Both the position numbers and the translations under genes were made by a program. A DNA stretch of 64,000 bases from Octopus bimaculoides (Eukaryota), in assembly GCF_001194135.2 (NCBI RefSeq), contig NC_068982.1:91383681-91447680 (forward strand), written 5' to 3'. This document shows, one piece after another, positions 1-12,941 of this stretch. The notes beneath the pieces were generated by a model, which did not search any database, had not been told where the DNA came from, and saw only the letters and a program-made list of their open reading frames with translations. Each line of letters starts with the position of its first letter. Positions within the stretch are counted from its first letter, which is position 1.

Positions 1-1
1 A

Positions 2-1427
2 GAGAAATTTGATAATTTTAATGATCAAGACAAATCAAAAGATAGAACCCCTGATTCTGGTTCTGTTGATCCTTCTGAAATTAGCAATCAGGTAAATGAG
101 TCTGTTGCTACTGAATCAGCAAAGACTGACAAATATATGTCAGATAGTAAAACTACTTTGAAAACAGTGCAGACTGAAGAAAAGATTTCAGAAGCTAAAG
201 AGACTGTTGATTTTTTTGAAACTGAAATTGCTAATTGTCTAACTTCAAAAGAAAAAACTCTTGAAGAGAAATCGTCTGATATTGTAGAATATATTGAATG
301 TAGTTCTAAAATTGATGCTGCAAATGTTGATGCAGAGAAGACAGAAGAGAATAATTCAAATCTGCTTGAGTCTCAGAATGTTGACTGTAGCCATGGAAGT
401 CCTAAACCTCAATCAACTAAAGAAGACATTTGTGAAAATGCTCACCTATCGAAAGCAATAGATAATGCTTCAGTTGCTGAAAATGTAGAAATCAACAAAC
501 CAGTTGCAGATATTGGAAGTCCAGTTGATGAGAAACCAGTTCTACATTCATCAGTTAATGTCATCCAGTCTGTGGAAACGCCAAACAATAGTTCTGATCC
601 TTTGACCATGGAAAGTTATAATTTTCAACCTCCAGTTAATAAACAGCAAGACACTGATATTTTGAAAGTTGAAGAAAAGATTGCTGAAATTTCAGTTCCT
701 GAGAAATTTAATAATTCTCATGATCACGACAAATCAAAAGATGGAACTCCTGATTCTGGTTCTGTTGATCCTTCTGAAATTAGCAACCAGGTAAATGAGT
801 CTGTTGCTACCTGCTCAAATGTAGAAATCAAGAAACCAGTTGGAGATGTTGGAAGACCTGAAGATATTGAAGAAGAGGTCATGGAATCTTCTGAAGTTAA
901 AGATGCTATTGACCATTCCAAGATTAACTGTGAAATTCCTAATTCTATTGCAGCAAGTGATGATGATCTGCAAAAATTTGAAACAATTTCAAATTCTTCT
1001 GTCTTTAAAGATGTTGAAACCTTCAGTACTAACACTCATCTACCAAATTCTCCCATATCAATTGAAGGGAGTCAAAGTAATATTGATATCTCATTTGAGG
1101 GCAGAACTCAAATGGCAAATTCTCCAGTTGCAGCAGTAGCTGTTGAAAATGATATTCAAATAAACATCACTCCTACTTCACCAAACAAACAACAGCAAGT
1201 AGGTAACGGGAAGCATGCAGATTCTCAATCCAGACAGAATATTAATGAAAAACCCAACAGAAAAGAGTTAAATGAAATTACTGATCTTGTTACAGCTATA
1301 GATGACACCTGTATATGTAAGGATGATATTTCTACAATTCTAAAAGACGCAGAACCCAGTGATAGTGCTGATACTGCAAACTATGATGAGCAGGAACCAA
1401 ATGTTCAATTCAGAGAAAAAACAACTG
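2..1427 (+). CDS. TACC: TACC large low-complexity acidic/Ser-rich exon (begins upstream of window)
   Basis: Frame is open from nt 2 (EKFDNFND...) through the 137..1522 ORF. Donor ACAACTG|GTGAGT at 1427/1428 is phase 1 and matches the next exon. Confidence 0.8.
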
Positions 1428-4400
1428 GTGAGTTAATAATCTGCTTCTTATATTGGAAAGGATCTTTTTCTCTTGTTGAGCTGGCAGAGTTAGGGATCTG
1501 CTTCTTACATTGGAAAGGATAAGTCTTGTGAAGGATCTTTTTCTTTTATTGAGCTGGTGATTTAGGGATCTACTTCTTACATTGGAAAGGATCAGTCTCC
1601 TGAAGAATCTCTTTCCCTTGTTGAACCGGTGAGTTAGGATCTGTTTCTTACAATGGAAAGGATCAGTCTTGTCAATGACCTTTCTGTTGTTGTGCTGGTG
1701 AGTTAGTGATCTGCTTCTTATATTGGAACGGATCATTCTTGTGAAGGATGTCTTTCTCTTGTAAGGCTGGTGAGTTGGACATCTGTTTCTTACATTGGAA
1801 AGGATCAGTCTCATGAAGAACCTCTTTCTCTTGTTGGGCTGGTGAGTTAGAGATCTGCTTCTTACAATGGGAAGGATCAGTCTTGTGAGGGACCTCTTGT
1901 TGAGTAGATCCCAAACTCACCAGCTCAACAAGAGAAAGAAGTCCTTCATGAGACATCCTTTCCAATGTAAGAAGCAGATCCCTAACTCACCGGGTGTGAA
2001 GGGCAGAAGAGATACTTCAGATGTTGCCGGGAACATTGCAGATCTCAAAACAATGAAGATTGAACAACAGAATTCTAACGCCACATCTGATGTTTGAAAT
2101 AATCTGCCACTACATTTCTTGCAGTCTTTTGATAGCTATAAGCCTATTATCTCTGGTTTGACTATTGAATGTCAGCAAATATCACCTAAAATCTCTTTTA
2201 GACCAGCTGAGAAAGGTATTTATCCTCTTTGTTTTATTAGTCTTTTTTTTCTTCTTTTTTTACTTCCCTTAAAAAGCTTGTTATGCTATATGAGATTCAC
2301 TCAGTGACCACCATAATCCAGTGTAACCAACAGTATTTTATAAGTCTTGTGTCTTAGTAATCAAATGAGTTTTGTATCTATATAATATGGAAAAAAGGAC
2401 ATAAAATAATAAATGTGGAATGATGAACACACAAATCCCTCAAGCAATAGTTTAAATTAACTTATTTTAGTTCATCTTAACTGTTATTCAAAATCAGGTT
2501 ATTTTAGTTTTGAAGTTTTGATTTTATATATATATATGTATAAAGTAAAAAGAGGCAGTCAGAATTTTGGATAATTTTGTCTCATTCTTGGAGATTTCTC
2601 AGATATCAGCTTTACAGAGCATCTTTTTGCCTTTTATACAAATCTGGAAGAAGATGCTTTGTTTTATTATCTGTATGTGTGTGTATAGAAAAGGAGGAAA
2701 GAAAGAGAATGGGGTTCTTTTTTCTTGTTTACATCTGTGAGATGGCTTTCATTGTTATATTTGGTGGTTTGTAGTTTGTAGTTTTTTCCAGGTGTGTGTG
2801 TGTGTACACATTTAAACAGACTAAAAAGAAAGACAAACAAATGTGTGGAATAAGAGATCCCTTACTTGAAAAGTATCAAGGTCATCATTAACCTAGTGTC
2901 AGTAATATATTCATCTAACTTAAGTTTGCATGAAAAATGAGTGAAGATGAATAATGTGTTTCATTTATTTTGTAGGATTTATCTGTGATGATGATGACTG
3001 GGAGCTGTTAAATTGTGATAAAACTGTTGTAAGTATATTTCTATCTCTCTAATAGATAATTTCTTCAAAACATGTTAACTTGGTATCTAAAAATAGTGTA
3101 GCGTGTCCCAGTGTGTTGTTAGGGCACCACTTTAAACTTTCTCTCCATATCAAGAGTCAAAGGAAAATACACTGGAATTGGTTAATTAATCAAATAGTTG
3201 ACTTTTTATTTTCAGTAACTTCATATTCTTGAGGGGAAAGAAAAACTTTTATTTTGCATTTCTTTTAATGATGTTAGTAGTGGTTATTACCAGGAAACAA
3301 CACAATTATACTAGCAATAATGAGATTACTAATTTTAGTCAATGGGATGAGTTGGTTTAACCTCAGTTCATAAATGGTGTTTATTTTATCAATTGATAAG
3401 GAAGAGAATTAGCTTGGCTGAACTTCAGTTTTGGTTCATGTCAGGGTTGGCTACCACTCATGTCTTTTTCTAGACTGCTACAGAAATACTTAACTAGGAA
3501 TAAAACACTCTGTTCAGAAAAAATCCTATTTTTATAATTATTATTAGAAATTGTATTAAGAAAATTAAAATATTTTGTGTATTGAAGTATAACCAATTTA
3601 TTGCACATAAATTTTAGCAAAAATATTTTGTGGACCCTAGTTGAGAATCACTGCTTTATAGTCAAGTAGTAAAGAAAACTTGTGATGAGAGCCATACAAA
3701 CCAAATACAGAGCTGTTATCAATGGTTCCCTATTATTTCTAGAGGGTAATAGGTAAAGACCCCACCGTCAGTCAGGAATGACCAGGAGATTGCACCTAGG
3801 CACAAGTCCAAACAAGGTTGTTTATGGGGGACCAGCAGTTGCCCATACATACCAACCTCCCCTCTCCATGCCACCTATGTTATCCAAGAGAAAGACAAAG
3901 GCCTCTACAGCTGAGTGAATTGGAGCAACATAAAATAAAGTGTCGTTCTCAGGAACACAACATAGAGCCTGGTCTAGGAATCAAATTCACTACCTCATGA
4001 TTGTAAACCCAATGCTCTAACCATTGCGCCATGAGCAGTTTATTATTTTTATTACCCTCTAAACGCTCTCTCTCTCATTCACTCTTGCTTTCTCTCATTC
4101 TCTCTATGCAATTGAATGAAAGAAAAGACAAAATTAATACAGGTAAATCAGCACTCTTTAGTGTTGTCAGGGTGAAGCAACCTCTATGGCAATGGTGCTA
4201 TGTTCAAAATGCTGCCAGTACATTTTGTAAAATGCTTAGTGGGAAGTGGGACATAATCCATCCATAGAAGCCATGCTAAAAATAAAACTAAGAACCAAGA
4301 CATCTAGGAGGACCATAACTCCAGATACGATCTAACTCAGATTGTAATGAACTATCCATCTCCTACCAGTATAGGAAAGAAGATATAAAATAAATGGAAG

Positions 4401-6697
4401 TGTGACAGTCAACTTATAAACACATACATGATTAATAGGTTAAGTTTCTTAATAGCCACATGGTTTAGAGTTCACAATATTTAAGGCAAGTGTCTCCAAG
4501 TTGTAGTATGGAATTGGTTGATGGAAACTATGCGGAAACTCTTATCTGTATATGCATTTAAGTCTTTCCATCTGTTTTCACCACCCAATGTTTTTGGGAG
4601 GATTCACAAGGGTAGTCCTCAGGCACCTCTATAAGGTCCTATCAGTAGCAACCATCATAACACTTTCCTGTTCGTTTCCCAAGCATGACCAACTGAGGCT
4701 TAACTATATTATCCAACCATCACGCTCTTGGTCTACCCCTAGGTCTCCTGCCAGTTATCTTATCTCCAAGGAACTGCCTTGTGATCCTTTCTTGCAGCAT
4801 TGTAACCACATGTCCTTTTAATGTGACTTTTTAATGCAGAGAAAATCAAACTGTTGCCTTCAAACTAAAACTACTTTGTGATACTTGTGATGTTTTCAAG
4901 TTCTAGGTGTTTTGTTAACTCAAAGGTGAAAAATTTATTAAATTAAAGCAAAATTAAAAATTAGTATTCCAAAATTGGAAATCAATTTCGATCAAAGAAG
5001 CTTGCTTCCCAACTATATAGTTCCTGGTTCAGTCCACTGTGGCACCTTGGGCAAGTGTCTGCTGTAGCCTTGGTCCAACCAAATCCTTGTGAGTGGATTT
5101 GGTTGATGGAAACTGAAAGAAGCCTATCATATCTTTATGTGTGTGTATTTATGTTTTATCCTCATCACTGCTTGGCAACTAGTGTTGGTGTATTTATGTC
5201 CCTATAACCTAGCAGTTCAGTAAAAAAGGCTGACAGAATAAGCACCAGGCTTAATGAGAAAAATAAGTACTTAAAATTCTTCAAGGTGGTGCTCCAGCAT
5301 GGCTGCAGCGTTATGGTTGAAACAAAAGATGAAAAAAAAAATTGTCTTCATTAAGATGTTTTGAACTCTGGAATTATCAACAAGATACAGTTGGTGATTA
5401 TAGTGTATTGGATTGTCAACAGCAGTGAGTACTTGAAGCTAAATGGTAAAAAATATACAATCCAGAGTAGATGGGACTATTATGTTGGTGTTTCAGTTTT
5501 ATTGCATTCCACACTGAAGCAACAGCTGTTCCTTAAGACATGCTCAAGCTTAAAAAACTCTAGTTATTTGGTCCCCCAACAAAATATGTCAAGACGTTGT
5601 GCACTTAAGTGCTTGAAATAACTATTCATTTTGAGTTTTCACCAAATAAATACAACTATTTACTTTTATAGCTTATCAAAATATGATGCTTTTATAATGA
5701 AATGTGTGATTTGTTTTTATTTCCAGATGAATGCTTCTCGGTTATGTCGTGAAAGTCTCTATGTAAAGTTTGATCCACTACTTGGATTAAATAACACAAT
5801 TGATTTTGACATAAGTAAGTTATACTTTATTGCAAGATATCAAATACAGACACTAAACTTTGTTACCTTACAAACCAATAAAGATGCCTCTACATGGTCT
5901 TTTTATATAATTTTTCTTACCACTAAACTGGTAAGAATAGGCAAGTATGATGTCCTTTAAGGCACAACAATAATTTTGGCAAAATTAGAAATGTTGTTCA
6001 TCATTGCTTTGATGTGGTGGTAGTGGTTATAGAATTGATTAAAGCAAGGACATGGTGTGTGAGTTGCACTTATTCATATCTATCTACTACTCTGGTCAGA
6101 CAGAGCCAGGTATATGTGCAATGCAGCAGCAGTGATGGGATACAAACCTTAGCAACTTAGCTATGACTGGCTTTTCTTACTCAGCTAATGATTATCTCCT
6201 TTCCACATTAAGTTATAAGGTTTTCTTTTACTAGTAACTTAGCACTGACTTTTTGCTCAAAATGTTTTTTCATCATAGAGTTGTAATGGCTAATTTCATT
6301 ATTAGAAAGTTTACTCATTGGTTTCTTATAATTTCATTTTATTGACCAAGTCAACAAAGAAGACTCAATGCATTTGCTCAGTTTGCTAGAGATAATCACC
6401 AAATCTCCCTCATTCACACCTTGCCATCATTAAAAAAAAATACAAAAAGGACACATCAGAGGATGCTCTAACTGCTGCTGAAAAGATAGGATGATCATAG
6501 CTGCAATGCTCTGCATCATAGATCCATTTGATCAGAACTAATCTCAAGAGGGATAACAACATTGTATTGTTTTTTAATAATTCCACACTACTCTTTGAAA
6601 CTGTTAAACTGATGTAAATTCTTTTGTTTTAGACAAAACTAAAAATGTGAGTAAGCAACCTGCATTAGAGAAAATTAAGAGGTAAGCTTTACTTGAA

Positions 6698-6774
<77 letters not shown>

Positions 6775-9700
6775 ATTGGTGGAGTGTCTTATGAAAAGAA
6801 ATTCAAAAATGTAATACTAATTCTTTAGCATTGAGATTATTCTATCATATAATATTTATTCAATTGTTTTTAATCAATCACACATTATCTCACAGCTTCA
6901 AGATTTCAGTGATGTTTTTGTATATTTTATGATCGACATTGTAGGGTGGGCATGAGAGGTCAGACCTGGCTGGTTTGAACATTAAACTGGTAGAATATTT
7001 GGGCCAGATATGGCCGGTTTAAATGCTAAAGAGTTAAATCAAGAAGCACTCTAATAAGTAAATCAAAGATTCTGTCATTTAATTGTTAATTTTCACAAAA
7101 CTGCAGCATTGGGTTGGTTCTTAACTTTTAATTTCTATAGCAATGAACAAACCAAGACATTCATTCCATGACTTGCTGATTGATTTCAGGTAATTTTTCC
7201 AGAAGTCTTGCTGCTTATTGTGTACAGGGAAGTACCCGCAGTAGTTAACAGTCCATGTGCCCTAAGTTGATATGACATAATTTATCCGCTCAGCCTCAAT
7301 GCCAGTTGAAGTAATGAAAAATTGTAAATGGGATTGATCTTTCCCAAAAGAAAATCATTTTTAAGACCTGGTGTTTAGGAAACTTCATATTAGACCTGCA
7401 TATATGATATAAAAACTAGGCTTTCAGCAGAATACTAAATTTATGTCTGGTGTATTTCCTGGTGACTGCATTATAGAGCATCTGATATCTCTCTCTTTCT
7501 ATCACATTAGATAGCTCTTTTTCAGTCATCAGACTCTAGTTATGCTGGTATCATCTTGAAGCATTTTTTGCTGGACCAGTAAGCCACATGGACATAGACA
7601 AACACCACTGTCAAGTAGTATCACTTAGTTACAAAAAGACAGGTGGTCACACACACTCACTCAGATATACTCACAGACACACACATGTGATGGATGGGCT
7701 TCCTCACATTGTCTACCAAAGCATTAGGCAACCCAGTGCTTTAGTAGACGGTTCCAGGCATAGGGGCTGAATCTGAATCCAACATGGTCTCACAGCAGTC
7801 TTCCAAACCGATGCCTGCATCAATGTGTGTTAGCACGACGTCGAGGGTTCCAGTTGATCCGATCAACGGAACAGCCTGCTCGTGAAATTAACGTGCAAGT
7901 GGCTGAGCACTCCACAGACACGTGTACCCTTAACGCAGTTCTTGGGAATATTCAGCGTGACAGTGTGACAAGGCTGGCCCTTTGAATTACAGGCACAACA
8001 GAAACAGGAAGTAAGAGGGAGAGAAAGTTGTGGTGAAAGAGTACAGCAGGGTTCGCCACCATCCCCTGCCGGAGCCTCGTGGAGCTTTTAAGTGTTTTCG
8101 CTCAATAAACACTCACAACGCCCGGTCTGGGAATCGAAACCGCAATCCTATGACCGCGAGTCCGCTGCCCTAACCACTGGGCCATTGCACCTCCACGCCT
8201 GCATCAATAAATGTTTTATAACCTAAATGCCTCACTAATTATAGCGTCAGCATCACCAATAATTTGTCATTTATTCAGTCCTAGCAAATAGGTTATCCTA
8301 CTACTGTCTAACATAGCAAAGAGTATCGCTTTGGTTCGGTGTTTATGATCAGAATTATATTTTTATATTGTCTTTCTTATAATTCCAGTCCACCAAAATC
8401 ACCTGATCTTATAATGATGGATTCGCCAACACGTAAATCCATGTACCAAAAAGTCACTGCCATGAGAAAAGTAAACAACAGCACAAACAACAATCTTGAT
8501 GACATTTTCTCATTATCACCTGCAAATAACAATGTAAGATTTGAAGCTTTTTTTTCTTTTTTTACTATTTTTGTACTTATTTTTTTATTTTCTGTTTTAA
8601 TTTTTTTCTTTTTGCTTTTTAACAAAATATTTAGATTGGTGGTTCTCAACCATTTTTTGCCTATGGACCGCTTTGGTTATTTTACTCGACTGGACCCTAA
8701 TAAACATTTTATGTTTAAAAAAGTATCGTATTTTTATAAATAAATATTAGGAATTTTATTTTTTAAAAATGAAAATATTCTTGTATATTGTAGAAGTATA
8801 GCCTATTTAGTGCATATGAATTTTAACAACAAAATCTTATATGGACTTCAGTTGAGAAACACTGATTTAGATGATAATTTGCACTGCAGCATTTCAATTG
8901 GTTCCAACTCATCATCAAGTGGCTCTGTGGATAAGGATGTTAATAATCTTTTAGTTTTGAGATAAACTTTTCTAACTGGTTTCCAGCCAGAGATGAATAT
9001 TTGGAAAAAAGACACTAGGTAATGATTACATGTTCAACCAATTGAAGTCTAGTGTAATGTAAATGAAAAATTACCACTTAAGTAACTCTTCAGAATTTTA
9101 AGCACTTATCATTCCAAACAAATTTTTGTGCTACTAGATATATATATATATTTTTTATTCTTTGTTTTCTAATTCATTTTAATGATTTCCTTGCAGAATT
9201 TTGCAACATTTTGTGTTTTTTGTCATCATATTTGAATTATGTATTATACTAGCTATCTTATCCTTTTAGCCAGATGCAGTATTTTTTGGTACACCTTTGC
9301 CACAGAAAAAGAACAGTGAAATTGTTCAGGTGAGATTTTGTTGGTTTTTATGCATTAACTTTTTGTTTTGATATCTTTTCAATCTTTATCTTTCAACTTC
9401 CTCTCTGTTGTTTTCATGAGAATTGGTAGGTTAGTGGTGATTACAGTTAGCTTGAATTAGAATTTAAGCCCTGTGGAATGTTTATATATATATATAGATA
9501 GAATGAAGGTGTTATAGACAGCATAGTTTGACACTGCTTATTTCATTTATATATATATATATATGTTATAGGTGCAGGCATTGGTGCATTTGGGTAGTGT
9601 CTTCTATAACCCCAAACATAGTAAGTGGATTTGGTTGATGAAAACTGAAAGAAGCCCATTGTGTTTGTGTGTGCCTTTGTCTTGAAATTAGGAAATGATT

Positions 9701-12700
9701 GTAAACAAGCATCACCATCATACAAGTGATATTGTTTATTTCTTGTGTTCTGTGGAAAACATGTCTGGCCATGGGAAAATATTACATTGCTTGGAAACAG
9801 GTTAAAGTTGGTAACACGGAGGGCATCCGACCATTGAAAATCTGCCTGAAGAAATTCTGTTAAACCCAAGCAGTCATGGGAAAGTGAACTTCAGTGATGA
9901 TATATAATCATTTATATTCACTTTTTCCATGCTGGTATGTGTTGGACAAGATTTAAGAAAATATTCAAAGCTAGATGCCCTTTCAATTTCTGACCCTTAG
10001 TTTTTCAACTGATCTTCATATGAAACTACCAAGCTGCCAGACGTTTAGGACAGATGTAAACAAGCACACTGCTTCTCAAATGTTCTGTTGGGCTTCCATA
10101 GTTTCCATACACTAAATTTCGTTCACAAGGCATTAGATAGTTCAAGGTAGTAGTAAGACATTTGCCTCAGGTACCATGCAGTTTGATGGAACCTGAAACT
10201 ACTTGATTGCAAGCTGTAACCCTACAGCTTTTTAATGGTTTTAGTCATTGGACTACAAATATGTTGGTTGGTGTTAGGAAGAGCATCCAGCTGTAAAAAC
10301 CCTGAAACAGATACAGAAGTTTGGTGCAGGCTCCTGTCTGACTGGCTCTTGTCAAACCATCCAACATGGAAGGCAAATGCTAAATGATGAGGATTGCCTT
10401 CAAGGAATTTCACTCCATTATAATTAGCCACTTTTTAAATTTACCTACATTTATATTTATGCCATTAAAAGGAGACATCTTACTGATATACACATGCTAT
10501 TATTATTACCAAGTTTAAGCATAAAATTATAATGTAATAGTAGTTGTAATAAAGGTAACTCTTTATGAAAAGCCTGATCAAAACTCGTTCGGCTTATCCC
10601 TTTAGTTGTAAATCCTTTGTCAATATTCCATGTTGGAATGGGTTAGACAATTTGACAATCAGATTGGTCACAAAACTGCTATGCTCCAATTCTTTGGCAT
10701 GGTTTCAATAGCTTGATACCCTTCCTAACCCCAACCATTTAGTGTGCACTGGATGCTTTTTTGTGTGTGGCATCACTAGTGAGGTTGTCATATAGCTCAC
10801 AAGACTACATTAGTGAAGGAGACATCTTTATATCAGGTGAAGAGAGGTGATAATTTTTTTAATTTTTATAAAAAAAAAAGACTTTACAAGTTGCAGATTC
10901 AACCAAAAATTTTCTACCCGATTCATGTCACTCAAAGAATATCCTCCTACATGTAGTTGTTTTCAAATTGTCTGTGGCCATCTGAAATAGTTTGTACTTT
11001 TGATAATCCAATAGGTATTAAAATACACAGAGGAAGATTGGCTGAAAATGAAACAGAATATTGAGTTGGAATATCAAAACCGTTTGATGTCTGCTAGCAA
11101 GGAACTTACTCATAAAATGTCTGAAATAACTGAGGAACACCAGAAGGCTTTGAATGAAAAGGATGTTGAAATGGAACAAATTAAAAAAGACCTGTTGCAA
11201 CTGCAAACTGAGAAGAAAGCTGGTCAAGAAAAACTTACTGAAATGAAGTAAGTAAAATTGCTTAATAATCTACCCACTATTAAGAGTAATTAAGCTCCAT
11301 TGCATGCTTGATTGAGCAGACCTATGATCAAAGGTAATTCCAGGAATAATCACTCTGTCGTAAAGAAATATTTAATTTAGTGTCAGTTTCTCAAAGTCTG
11401 ACATGCAACACTTAAGACTCACTGCATTCTGCTAATACAATACAATTGATGTCTTATGTTTATATGTTTAAATATGATTTGTAACAATTATATCAATATT
11501 TTGTGCCTTTCTTGATGTAGATATAATGGTTACTTATAACTCTGTATGAGAATGTTTGACATCTTATGAACCTAGTTCCCAGAACTGACTATTGATCTCC
11601 AACAAATTGCATAGTAATTGTACTTGACCAATGTATGTGTGATGGCTAGGTTCCTGTGAATGTTGTCTTACACTTTTAGAAATAAAATTCCCATCTAATA
11701 AAGAGTCTATCTTACTTTAGAAGTTAATTACCATAGTAACCATAGAGAAGCAGTGTAAAACTTACTCTTTGTTATTTGATGTGATGCCTATTGCTAATGC
11801 TGTTCACTTGCTCTTTACAATCTCTCTCTTGGTATTCAGCTAACCCACATAATTCTTGAAAGAGTGCTTTTTACCAGCAGGTTCATTCACTGGGAAAAGT
11901 GTTCAAAGCAAGCCCTGCCATCTTGCATATAAAAAGCAAGAATTGGTGGATTTTAGTGTGTTCATTACAGGAGAGAAAAAGCATCCATAACAAGACAGTT
12001 GAGGTTTCTTACTTTCCTCCTCCATGTTGATGCATGCACAGCTGTGCAGATAGTTGCATTGCTTCTGGGTTTGATCCTGTAATGTGATCCTTTAGAGCCT
12101 TCAACTGTAACCTTAGTTTGCTTACTGATTTGTTATTGAAATTTGGTTAACAAACTGTACAAAAGTCTATTTTGTTTATATAAAAAAAAGCCTTCCCTAA
12201 ACAGATTAAGAAAAATAAATTGACTGAAATATTGATTTCAAATTCTGGTACAAGGCCAGCAATTTCTGGAGTGGAGCTAAATTGATTGCATTGACTTATT
12301 TTATCAACCATGAAAGGCAAGGTTGACTTCAGCAGTATTTGAACTTGGAACATAAAGACAGACAAATTTTGCCCATCATGCTAACAATTCTGCCAACTCA
12401 CCACCTTATATTGACTGAAATATTGGGACAAACTTCAAAATTTAATTGATCATATTGGTCCTAACATTCTTACAATCCAATAATTGATGTCAATAAAAGA
12501 GAATTTTTACCATCCAAGGTGCCAGTCTCTGGGTGTGTATCATGAGGCATAGTGCCTATTAAATAATGGAGCTGCACTGTTGACCACTTGTTTGTAGCCC
12601 AAACCAGATGGATTGTACCCACAATTGGAGGATGCAGCCTTGTACTTGTCTCTGATTCATTGAACTGCTTGTACTTGTCACTGATTCATTGGAATTGACT

Positions 12701-12906
12701 GCTCTGTTAATATTTTGAACTGTTTATGCAAATTAGTTTTGTGGTTTTTATGTTATGGAATTAGTTTTAAATTCCTGATACATTTGCTTTTTTATTTTTC
12801 TCAAGGAAAGTCTTGGATGAATATACCATCTTGATAGACCATCTAGCTGGTATGTATCCCATTTACTATTGTGTGCATGTGTCTATGATTTGTAATTTCT
12901 AATCAC

Positions 12907-12941
<35 letters not shown>

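Noticed and set aside
724-1139. Overlapping ORFs 724..1035 (-) and 840..1139 (+)
   Set aside because: Shadow frames of the TACC exon.
1427-1904. CRISPR-like appearance of the 72-bp array
   Set aside because: No unique spacers, units vary along their whole length, the context is a eukaryotic intron, and there are no cas genes.
1410-1965. Minus-strand ORFs of 134 and 97 aa with repeated peptides
   Set aside because: By-products of a unit length divisible by three; frames shift where units are 56, 69 or 73 bp; no supporting gene structure.
2095-2097. In-frame TGA as selenocysteine or programmed readthrough
   Set aside because: No SECIS recognised, TACC is not a known selenoprotein, and the frame is not connected to the upstream exon through the repeat array.
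9270-9273. Alternative acceptor TAG/CCAG at the TACC 60-nt exon
   Set aside because: The downstream AG shifts the frame by 4 nt; only the upstream AG keeps the phase.
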